This document shows, piece after piece, positions 38,755 through 45,963 of a stretch of 64,000 nucleotides of DNA. The stretch comes from a virus, in IMG/VR virus record IMGVR_UViG_3300016667_000188, positions 9,026-73,025 of that record. The stretch is one strand, 5' to 3'. A model generated the notes under the pieces. That model made no database searches, was not told the DNA's origin, and worked only from the letters and a program-made list of their open reading frames with translations. Position 1 is the stretch's first letter. Every line of letters begins with the position of its first letter. Both the position numbers and the translations under genes were made by a program.

Positions 38755-40473
38755 TTGATTGTTTTTAAAAGCGTAAGTTGGAAAAACTTTCTTTCTACAG
38801 GTAACTCGCCTAATACAGTATTACTAAACAAGTCTCCTACCACTCTTATCATCGGTAAGAATGGTGAAGGTAAAAGCACAATCTTAGATGCATTGTGCTT
38901 TTCGTTGTTTGGTAAACCATTTCGTAACATCAACAAGGGGCAGTTGGTAAACTCTATCAACGGCAAGGGTTGTGTTGTTACTATCGAGTTTTCTATTGGT
39001 CCACGTAACTATAAAATTGTTCGTGGAATCAAACCCAACATTTTTGAGATCTATCTAAACGATGAACTTATCAATCAAGATGCTGCATCTCGTGACTACC
39101 AAAAGATTCTAGAACAGCAGATTCTTAAGCTAAACTATAAGACATTTACTCAGGTGGTTATCTTGGGTTCTGCATCGTTCGTTCCATTTATGCAGTTACC
39201 ATCTGGTCAGCGTCGTGATGTTATTGAAGACATCCTTGACATTCGCATTTTCTCTACGATGAACCAGATTCTAAAAGAAAAGGCTCAGGAGACTAAAGAT
39301 GCCATTCAAAAGATTGAAAATGAGATTGCTGCTGCTAAGACTAAAGTCGAAGCACAAACTACAATTATTAAAACTATCTCGGAAGCGAAAGCAGATAGTA
39401 TTCGATCCATCCAAACGAAAATCTCTAACAGCACTGAAGAAATTGGGCGAACTCAGTCGGAAATTGATGTCATCATCGGAGAGATCACAACTCTTAAAAA
39501 TAAGATTAAAGACAAAGACAAGATCAAAGAAGATCTTACCAAAGCAGGACAACTGCAGCAGCGACTTCTACAAAAAGTCGAAACTTGCGAGCATCACATG
39601 GGATTCTTTGGAGAGCATGATGTTTGTCCAAGCTGCAATCAAGACATCTCAGAAGAATACAAAGAGAGTATTCTCAAAGACCTTAATGAAAAACTGTCAG
39701 AACAAAACGGTAAGGTTGATGAACTCAACCAAGTCCTTACCAAACTTCAAGAAAAACTTTCTGCAGTTAATGAAATTGTACAGCAGATCGCCGACAAGAA
39801 CATCGAACTCTCTACCAAGAATTCATCTATAACTCTATTGAATAGACAAATCTCTGAGGCAGAACTCGAGATCGAACGACTTAAAGCTGACACAACTAAT
39901 GTTGATGAAGAAAAAGCTAAGCTGAAACAACTGGCTCAAGATGCTGTTGCAAAGATCAACCAGAAGACCACTCTTCAAGAGCAACGAAACCTTGAGGAAG
40001 TCGCCAACATTCTCTTGAAAGATACTGGTATCAAGACAGCCATCATCCGTGAATACTTGCCGATTATGAACAAGCTGATCAACAAGTATCTGAATGCTAT
40101 GGATGCTTACATTCACTTCGAGTTGGATGAGTCGTTCAATGAAATCGTTAAGTCTCGCCACCGTGATGAGTTTACTTATGCAAGTTTCTCTGAAGGTGAG
40201 AAGATGCGTATCGACTTGGCTATTCTTTTCACATGGCGTCAGATCGCTAAGATGAAGAACAGTGTCAACACCAACCTTCTGTTGCTTGATGAGATCTTTG
40301 ACTCAAGTTTAGATACAGCTGGTACTGACTACTTCTTGAACTTGATGAACTCTTTTGGTGAAAATTCAAACATCTTTGTTATCTCCCACAAAGGCGATCA
40401 GCTGTTCGACAAGTTTCGTAGTGTTATTAAGTTTGAAAAACGCAACGACTTCTCTGTAATAGCTACAAACTAA
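38755..40473 (+). CDS. 46: recombination endonuclease subunit gp46 (Rad50/SbcC-like ATPase)
   Basis: LIIGKNGEGKSTILDA..FGKPFRNINKGQL, central coiled coil with a CPSC zinc hook, and C-terminal YASFSEGEKMRIDLAILFTW...LLLDEIFD all align to T4 gp46. Apparent TTG start. Confidence 0.85.
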   Translation: MIVFKSVSWKNFLSTGNSPNTVLLNKSPTTLIIGKNGEGKSTILDALCFSLFGKPFRNINKGQLVNSINGKGCVVTIEFSIGPRNYKIVRGIKPNIFEIYLNDELINQDAASRDYQKILEQQILKLNYKTFTQVVILGSASFVPFMQLPSGQRRDVIEDILDIRIFSTMNQILKEKAQETKDAIQKIENEIAAAKTKVEAQTTIIKTISEAKADSIRSIQTKISNSTEEIGRTQSEIDVIIGEITTLKNKIKDKDKIKEDLTKAGQLQQRLLQKVETCEHHMGFFGEHDVCPSCNQDISEEYKESILKDLNEKLSEQNGKVDELNQVLTKLQEKLSAVNEIVQQIADKNIELSTKNSSITLLNRQISEAELEIERLKADTTNVDEEKAKLKQLAQDAVAKINQKTTLQEQRNLEEVANILLKDTGIKTAIIREYLPIMNKLINKYLNAMDAYIHFELDESFNEIVKSRHRDEFTYASFSEGEKMRIDLAILFTWRQIAKMKNSVNTNLLLLDEIFDSSLDTAGTDYFLNLMNSFGENSNIFVISHKGDQLFDKFRSVIKFEKRNDFSVIATN

Positions 40474-40484
40474 AGTATTACTTT

Positions 40485-40505
40485 TACCCTACTGCAAGTA
40501 GGGTA
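40485..40505 (+). terminator. PeSL-like stem-loop TACCCTACT-gca-AGTAGGGTA abutting the -35 box
   Basis: 9-bp perfect stem preceded by cttt. Part of the AAAGTATTAC-leader cassette. Confidence 0.6.
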
Positions 40506-40533
40506 TTGACTTTTCGACAGATTGATGTATAAT
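40506..40533 (+). promoter_or_regulatory. early promoter TTGACT-N16-TATAAT
   Basis: ttgacttttcgacagattgatgtataat. Confidence 0.7.
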
Positions 40534-40559
40534 AAAGTCCTGTCGGAAAGGAGTTTGAA

Positions 40560-40763
40560 ATGGCTGAGATCAAAATGGGTACGGTCTACCGAGTAGACAT
40601 TATCGAATCTGAGCGTGGTTGGGGTCAGAAAATCGAAGATCAAAAGTTCTTCGATAACTATGATGAAGCTGCAAAGTATATCGAAAGATACAATGCAGAT
40701 CTTCCAGCTGGTCCTGCTCCCGACTGGTATATGATGGCTCGTGGTCCTTACAGAGTGAGTTGA
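40560..40763 (+). CDS. hypothetical protein
   Basis: 67-aa ORF with GGAG RBS. First gene of the early unit. Confidence 0.45.
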   Translation: MAEIKMGTVYRVDIIESERGWGQKIEDQKFFDNYDEAAKYIERYNADLPAGPAPDWYMMARGPYRVS

Positions 40764-40764
40764 T

Positions 40765-41070
40765 ATGAAAAAACTTTTTGTTATGATGTTGGTTATTGCA
40801 ATGTCTTCTGCTGTCTATGCTAAAGGTGGTGGCGGCGGTGGCGGTGGTCATGGAGGCGGTGGCGGACACGCTAGTTCTTCTGGTCACTCCAGTTCTTCTA
40901 GCCATGCTAGTTCTTCTGGTGGTGGTAAGGGCACATCGAGTGGTAAGAGTGCATCTGTTGCACCTGAGCCTAGTCGTTCCAATACTTCAAGTAGTTGGTT
41001 CCCTTGGTTTGGTGGAGGTGGATCTAAAGGATCTTCTGAAGAAAAGTGTAAGAAAGAAAAAACCTGTTAA
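40765..41070 (+). CDS. secreted Gly/Ser/His-rich small protein (signal peptide MKKLFVMMLVIAMSSAVYA)
   Basis: N-terminal signal peptide followed by G8HG5H...SSS low-complexity sequence and a C-terminal CKKEKTC. Confidence 0.5.
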   Translation: MKKLFVMMLVIAMSSAVYAKGGGGGGGGHGGGGGHASSSGHSSSSSHASSSGGGKGTSSGKSASVAPEPSRSNTSSSWFPWFGGGGSKGSSEEKCKKEKTC

Positions 41071-41130
41071 GGTTTTCCTATATAAAAAACAGGACAGGTA
41101 GTCTGTCCTACTGATTCTAAGGAGTTTAGA

Positions 41131-42105
41131 ATGAAAACTGGTATCTTCATTGGGCGTTTCCAGCCCGTACATCACGGTCACATCCATGCACTCGGAGTGG
41201 CTGCATCCCAAGTAAATAAACTTTACATCCTCGTAGGCTCGGCTAACGCATGCCGAAGTATTAAGAATCCTTGGACTTTTGATGAGCGTAAGCAGATGCT
41301 GGCTCTCAAACTGCATGCCGAGAGAATCACAAACTACGAAATTATTCCACTCAACGACTATCGTTACAGCGATACGCAATGGATGTCTGACGTCCGTGCC
41401 ACTATCGAACACTACAACATGGGCTCACCGATTCTGTTCGGTCACATCAAAGAAGGTAATGATTACCTGAAGTGGTTCCCTGAATTAAAATTTAAGAGCA
41501 TTGAGGCTCAATATAATATCGATGCAACTCACATTCGTGAGGAGATGTTTAAGAATGACGACCCTCTGATGCCAGAAACTGTCCGAGGCGACTATGCTTT
41601 CTACCAAAAAGAAAAACAACTCTTCAAAGATTATCCATTCCCCGAAACTCTCAACTTCAATTGCTCTGATGCGATCCTCGAATGCCAAGGACATGTGCTT
41701 CTCATCCAACGCAAGTTCAGTCCAGGTCGAGGTGCTTGGGCACTTCCAGGAGGTTTTCGCAACCAGCGTGAAACATTTCTTGACTGTGCCATCCGAGAGT
41801 TGATTGAAGAAACTAACGTGCGAGTCCCTGAGAAAGTTCTCCGTGGCTCTATCGTGAAAACCGAATTGTTCGACAGTCCTCGTCGTTCGTTCGGTATTCC
41901 CCGAAACACCATGGCTGTGTACATGCGTATTAGTCCGAATCCTGACTACTCGCTGCCTCGTGCTAATGGTGCTGACGATGCTGCTCTGTGCAAGTGGGTG
42001 CCACTTACTGACGCACTGAACAACATCGAGATGTATGATGACCACAAGGACATCATTTCTAAAGTAACAGGTGTTATGTCAATGCCTGCATTTGCAAAAC
42101 TGTAA
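41131..42105 (+). CDS. natV: bifunctional NMN adenylyltransferase / Nudix hydrolase (NadM-Nudix, KVP40 NatV-like)
   Basis: N-terminal GRFQPVHHGH nucleotidyltransferase motif. C-terminal Nudix box GGFRNQRETFLDCAIRELIEETNV. Confidence 0.8.
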   Translation: MKTGIFIGRFQPVHHGHIHALGVAASQVNKLYILVGSANACRSIKNPWTFDERKQMLALKLHAERITNYEIIPLNDYRYSDTQWMSDVRATIEHYNMGSPILFGHIKEGNDYLKWFPELKFKSIEAQYNIDATHIREEMFKNDDPLMPETVRGDYAFYQKEKQLFKDYPFPETLNFNCSDAILECQGHVLLIQRKFSPGRGAWALPGGFRNQRETFLDCAIRELIEETNVRVPEKVLRGSIVKTELFDSPRRSFGIPRNTMAVYMRISPNPDYSLPRANGADDAALCKWVPLTDALNNIEMYDDHKDIISKVTGVMSMPAFAKL

Positions 42106-42121
42106 ACGATTAGGATCGTGT

Positions 42122-42415
42122 ATGAACGAACGAATTCAAGAACTTGCTCGTCAGTCTGGTGCATATCATAAAGATGACGACGGTGAAGAAACTAAGATTG
42201 CTGTTCTAATAGGTAAGGAAGTAGAAAAGTTCGCCGAGTTGATTGTTCGGGAATGTATGGAACTTAATAGAAAACAATCCTGGGATCTTACTGGTGTGAT
42301 TATTGATGTTGAAGAAAGCACTGGTTTTGACGAAGTGTGTATGAATACTGTAAAACGAGTAAAGAATTATCTAGCAGGCGATGACTTGCTAAAACATTTT
42401 GGAGTTGAAGAATGA
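42122..42415 (+). CDS. small protein, MNERIxELA/EKFAELIVREC family member A
   Basis: Paralogous to 43003, 43203, 43540 and 43999. Ends in HFGVEE. Confidence 0.5.
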   Translation: MNERIQELARQSGAYHKDDDGEETKIAVLIGKEVEKFAELIVRECMELNRKQSWDLTGVIIDVEESTGFDEVCMNTVKRVKNYLAGDDLLKHFGVEE

Positions 42416-42609
42416 TTTTGAAGTATTTTAGAGAACAAATTGAAGGTGGTGCTACAGATAACTTTTTCTATGGCACTGAAATGAATGGTGAAGTTCGCAT
42501 TGAGCGTCATCGTGGTAGTCTTGACTCATTCCCCACTGATCTAAAATTTACGAGAATGGTAGGAAGTGTTCCGTTCTTTACTCAAGAACATTTCGGAGTT
42601 GAAGAATGA
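42412..42609 (+). CDS. small protein ending in EHFGVEE
   Basis: 65 aa. The body is unrelated to the family, but it shares the junction cassette. Confidence 0.4.
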   Translation: MILKYFREQIEGGATDNFFYGTEMNGEVRIERHRGSLDSFPTDLKFTRMVGSVPFFTQEHFGVEE

Positions 42610-42833
42610 ACGCTAAAAGAGGTCTACCCCTGGAAAGCATTGCGACAGACCCTGTAAGAATGCGAGCGAGATGTGAAGCATTGGTAATTGCTATGGTAGG
42701 CAAAGATATGGCTGAGAAATGGTGGAATGGCCCAAACAAGGCATTTTGTGATGACACACCAGAACAGATTTATAGTGTAGCACCCAGTGCGGTGTATGCT
42801 TATCTAATGCGATCAGCCGAAGGAGAATGGTAA
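42606..42833 (+). CDS. DUF2384-like (ParS/MbcA/Xre-type RES-toxin antitoxin C-terminal domain) orphan protein
   Basis: AEKWWNGPNKAFCDDTPEQIYSVAPSAVYAYLMRSAEGEW fits the A..WL..PN.AL.G.TP......G...V...L.R...G signature. Recognised from memory, with no search run. Confidence 0.45.
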   Translation: MNAKRGLPLESIATDPVRMRARCEALVIAMVGKDMAEKWWNGPNKAFCDDTPEQIYSVAPSAVYAYLMRSAEGEW

Positions 42834-43006
42834 TGAACCAACGTAAAGTTCACTACATTGATGTGAGCAAAATGTCCGAAAAAGAACTATGTGAAACATT
42901 GAACATTCCATATGTTCCGTGGTATTGTGATAGTATCTTTTGGGCATTGGCACTGGTTTTTACTGCGCCCAGTATCCTGATTATTACTTTGGAGATATTC
43001 AAATGA
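42833..43006 (+). CDS. small protein with hydrophobic C-terminus (57 aa)
   Basis: TAATG overlap upstream and ATGA overlap downstream. Confidence 0.35.
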   Translation: MNQRKVHYIDVSKMSEKELCETLNIPYVPWYCDSIFWALALVFTAPSILIITLEIFK

Positions 43007-43206
43007 ACAAACGAATTAAAGAACTGCAGTTTCAAGCTGCCGCACAAGTTAATCCGTTGTTGGAAGGTTCTGAGTGGCAACAAGTGTTTGTTGAGAATTT
43101 TGCCGAGTTGATTATCAAAGAAACACTACAGGTTGCTCGTGCTGGTATAGAGTTCGGCGACGGTATGGAAGATGCTGTTTACAAATATTTCGGAGTTGAA
43201 GAATGA
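43003..43206 (+). CDS. MNKRIKEL/FAELIIKE family member B (67 aa)
   Basis: Family motifs. Ends in YFGVEE. Confidence 0.45.
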   Translation: MNKRIKELQFQAAAQVNPLLEGSEWQQVFVENFAELIIKETLQVARAGIEFGDGMEDAVYKYFGVEE

Positions 43207-43448
43207 ACGAACGAATTAGAGAACTTGCTAGAGAGGCTGGGTTGCCTACATACAACCCCGAAGGTATTCCAACTAAATTAGAAAAGTTCGCCGAGTTGAT
43301 TGTTAGGGAATGTATTCGCATTGGCCAAGAAACCAGCAAAGATATTTTCAAAATGTCAAAGAAAGAAGGTGACATTTTTGAATATGAATCACACGGTGCA
43401 GAACAAGTAGTTGATAATATCAAAGAGCATTTTGGAGTTGAAAAATGA
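43203..43448 (+). CDS. MNERIRELA family member C (81 aa)
   Basis: MNERIRELAREAG..EKFAELIVRECI..EHFGVEK. Confidence 0.5.
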   Translation: MNERIRELAREAGLPTYNPEGIPTKLEKFAELIVRECIRIGQETSKDIFKMSKKEGDIFEYESHGAEQVVDNIKEHFGVEK

Positions 43449-43543
43449 GCATAAGCGAAACTATCGTCATACTTGCTATGATTTCACTGTTTGCCTTGGT
43501 TGCAGTGGGTGTATATAAGTTGATTGTAAAAGGTTTTCTATGA
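43445..43543 (+). CDS. 32-aa single-TM peptide (MSISETIVILAMISLFALVAVGVYKLIVKGFL)
   Basis: ATGA overlaps at both ends. Entirely hydrophobic. Confidence 0.35.
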   Translation: MSISETIVILAMISLFALVAVGVYKLIVKGFL

Positions 43544-43767
43544 ACGAACGAATTAAAGAACTTGCCCAACAGGCTGGATGCAGTATTGATGGAATGGGCT
43601 ATGGCGAAGGTAATGTAGAAAAGTTCGCCGAGTTGATTATTCGGGAATGTATTGGTTGTTGTGAACAAGTTATCAGTGATCCTGTTCCTGAATCCGTGGA
43701 TAGTTGGTTAAATGGTGGCGAACAATGTATCCAAGAGATTAAACAGCATTTTGGAGTTGAAAAATGA
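43540..43767 (+). CDS. MNERIKELA family member D (75 aa)
   Basis: MNERIKELAQQAG..EKFAELIIRECI..QHFGVEK. Confidence 0.5.
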   Translation: MNERIKELAQQAGCSIDGMGYGEGNVEKFAELIIRECIGCCEQVISDPVPESVDSWLNGGEQCIQEIKQHFGVEK

Positions 43768-44015
43768 AAGTTTCCAATCTACGCAAAATCACAGACCCAA
43801 CTACATTTGAACCAAGTGTAGTAGTAGATGTAGAAATCCCAAGAATGACCTTATACGAACTAACTCTAATGAAAGAGGACATTCGTAAAGACATTATCTA
43901 CACACTCGGAGCGGAGTTATTGGGACAGATTGTTGTTCAGATGGGTATGACTGATGAACAAAAGAAAGACCTAATCAAGGACTTGCTGGGAGTGAACAAT
44001 GACACCGAATCCTAA
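43764..44015 (+). CDS. hypothetical protein (83 aa)
   Basis: ORF coupled by ATGA. Confidence 0.4.
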   Translation: MKVSNLRKITDPTTFEPSVVVDVEIPRMTLYELTLMKEDIRKDIIYTLGAELLGQIVVQMGMTDEQKKDLIKDLLGVNNDTES

Positions 44016-44223
44016 AATCCGAGAACTCATTATGAGTATGGGCATTATTCCTGAAAGCGAACACTATGATATCGCTGAACGAGTTATTGAAGAATGTATG
44101 GCAATGTGTAAAACCGCTGTAGGCAACGCTGACTACAACACTGGCAGACTACATTGTTTAGAAAACATCAAAGAACACTTTGGAGTTAAACGATGGCACT
44201 TCGACAACTGCAAAGGTGCTTGA
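43999..44223 (+). CDS. family member E (IRELI..ERVIEECM..EHFGVKRWHFDNCKGA) with read-through of a degenerate junction
   Basis: The junction is mutated to GGAGTTAAACGATGG, so the usual stop is lost. Confidence 0.45.
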   Translation: MTPNPKIRELIMSMGIIPESEHYDIAERVIEECMAMCKTAVGNADYNTGRLHCLENIKEHFGVKRWHFDNCKGA

Positions 44224-44248
44224 CTTTTATTCAATAGTCAGGTATAAT
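44220..44248 (+). promoter_or_regulatory. early promoter TTGACT-N17-TATAAT upstream of the NAMPT gene
   Basis: ttgacttttattcaatagtcaggtataat. Confidence 0.65.
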
Positions 44249-44292
44249 TAACTTACTCCGAGACGGTCTTGGGGAATTTTTAGGAGCTAAAA

Positions 44293-45687
44293 ATGAGCAT
44301 TTCAAAATCAATCATTCTAAACACCGACAGCTATAAAGTTAGCATGTTCAAACAGTATCCTGCAGGTACGACTGGTGTTTATTCCTATATTGAATCACGT
44401 GGTGGACGCTATGATCGCACTGTGATGTTCGGTCTCCAAGCCTTCATTAAGGAGTATCTACTTGATCCAATTACCCAAGCCGACATTGATATTGCTGATG
44501 AGATACTCACTACTCACGGAGAACCCTTCAACCGAGAAGGATGGGAATATATCCTACGTGTCCACGATGGTTATCTCCCAGTCGTTATTCGTGCAGTTCC
44601 TGAGGGTACAGTGGTTCCTGTTAAAAATGTTTTGGCTACAATTGAAAACACGGATCCTGAATGCTATTGGTTGACTACTTATCTGGAAACTGCTCTTCTG
44701 CGTGCAGTCTGGTATCCAACCACTGTGGCTACTCAAAGCTACACCATTCGCAAAGTGATCATCGAATATCTGGAGAAAACTGGTGACCCTAGCCTTATTG
44801 ATTTCAAACTGCACGACTTCGGTGCTCGTGGCGTTTCTTCTATGGAAAGCGCAGGAATTGGCGGTGCTGCCCACTTGGTTAACTTCATGGGTACTGATAC
44901 CATCACTGGTCTTCTGTATGCTCGTGAGTATTACAATGCTGGTATTGCTGCTTTCTCTATCCCTGCCGCAGAACACAGTACCATCACCAGCTGGGGTCGT
45001 GACAACGAAGTAAAAGCCTATGACAACATGCTTACTCAGTTTGCTAAGCCTGGTAGTATCGTTGCAGTGGTCAGCGATAGCTATGATATCTTCAACGCTG
45101 CATCTAAACTCTGGGGTGAAGAACTCAAGCAGAAAGTTATTGATAGTGGCGCTACTATTGTCATCCGTCCAGACTCTGGCGATCCTGATACTGTTTGCCG
45201 TAAACTTGTAGAAATTCTCGGTCAAAAGTTCGGTTACACTACTAACGACAAAGGATACAAGGTTCTGAACAACGTCCGCATTATCCAAGGTGACGGTGTG
45301 AATGAACAAACTATCCGCACTATCCTTGGTGGCTTTGCTGCTTACGGTTGGTCTGCTGACAACATTGCTTTCGGTATGGGTGGTGCTCTACTGCAACAAG
45401 TCGATCGTGACACTCAGAAGTTCGCAATGAAGTGTTCTGCTGCTCTGATCAACGGTGAGTGGGTGGATGTGCAAAAAGATCCTGTCACTGACGCTGGTAA
45501 GAAGTCTAAAGCAGGTCGTGTGCAACTTTGGGAAAGTGGTGGTGAGTTTATCTCTTCTGTCACTCGTCCTAATACTTGGACTGATCGTGGCTTTGCATGG
45601 GCTCCAGCGTTGCAAGAAGTGTTCCGTGACGGTAAACTTGTAACCGAGTACACCTTCGAGCAAGTCCGAGCCAACGCCAAAAAGTAA
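44293..45687 (+). CDS. nadV: nicotinamide phosphoribosyltransferase (NAMPT, KVP40 NadV-like)
   Basis: 464 aa with a NAMPT-like length and composition (e.g. GTDTITGL, FGMGGALLQ segments). Paired with the NMNAT-Nudix gene. Confidence 0.75.
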   Translation: MSISKSIILNTDSYKVSMFKQYPAGTTGVYSYIESRGGRYDRTVMFGLQAFIKEYLLDPITQADIDIADEILTTHGEPFNREGWEYILRVHDGYLPVVIRAVPEGTVVPVKNVLATIENTDPECYWLTTYLETALLRAVWYPTTVATQSYTIRKVIIEYLEKTGDPSLIDFKLHDFGARGVSSMESAGIGGAAHLVNFMGTDTITGLLYAREYYNAGIAAFSIPAAEHSTITSWGRDNEVKAYDNMLTQFAKPGSIVAVVSDSYDIFNAASKLWGEELKQKVIDSGATIVIRPDSGDPDTVCRKLVEILGQKFGYTTNDKGYKVLNNVRIIQGDGVNEQTIRTILGGFAAYGWSADNIAFGMGGALLQQVDRDTQKFAMKCSAALINGEWVDVQKDPVTDAGKKSKAGRVQLWESGGEFISSVTRPNTWTDRGFAWAPALQEVFRDGKLVTEYTFEQVRANAKK

Positions 45688-45707
45688 TACCTTAGGCTTA
45701 CAAAAAG

Positions 45708-45733
45708 AAACCCCACCGAGTGTGGGGTTTTTC
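45708..45733 (+). terminator. rho-independent terminator AAACCCCAC-cgagt-GTGGGGTTT plus U-run
   Basis: Seen directly. Preceded by the AAAAGTAATACCTTAGG leader. Confidence 0.8.
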
Positions 45734-45743
45734 AACTTAGGGG

Positions 45744-45772
45744 TTGTCTTTTTACAAAACCTGATGTATAAT
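45744..45772 (+). promoter_or_regulatory. early promoter TTGTCT-N17-TATAAT (TGATGTATAATA core)
   Basis: Seen directly. Confidence 0.6.
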
Positions 45773-45795
45773 ACTTCTATTGAATCGGAGAATTT

Positions 45796-45963
45796 ATGTG
45801 GAGTGATTTTAGTGACTACGAACTAGCCGAACTGGCTGGTCGCTATGGGTTGGAAGACAACCTAGTTTTTGATTATGAACTCAGTCTTGCAAATCGTGAC
45901 GAGATTGAGAAACTGTTGACTGAATTTGAATGGGAGATTGCAAATGCAGAACGTAGCATCTGA
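45796..45963 (+). CDS. small acidic ORF (55 aa)
   Basis: GGAG RBS. Overlaps the VWA gene start by 20 nt. Confidence 0.3.
   Translation: MWSDFSDYELAELAGRYGLEDNLVFDYELSLANRDEIEKLLTEFEWEIANAERSI

Larger units (their letters stand above)
42395..44196 (+). repeat. six copies of the 21-nt gene-junction cassette CAYTTYGGAGTTGAARAATGA
   Basis: Copies at 42395-42415, 42589-42609, 43187-43206, 43428-43448, 43747-43767, and a degenerate copy at 44176-44196. Confidence 0.85.

Noticed and set aside
42940-43206. The ORF-track 88-aa product starting at 42940.
   Set aside because: The N-terminal 21 codons overlap the upstream gene in another frame. The conserved family start MNKRIKEL at 43003, with the junction RBS, is the likely start.
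44554-45309. 251-aa minus-strand ORF, among other ORFs, overlapping NAMPT.
   Set aside because: It is antisense to a confidently assigned enzyme gene and lacks motifs or an RBS.
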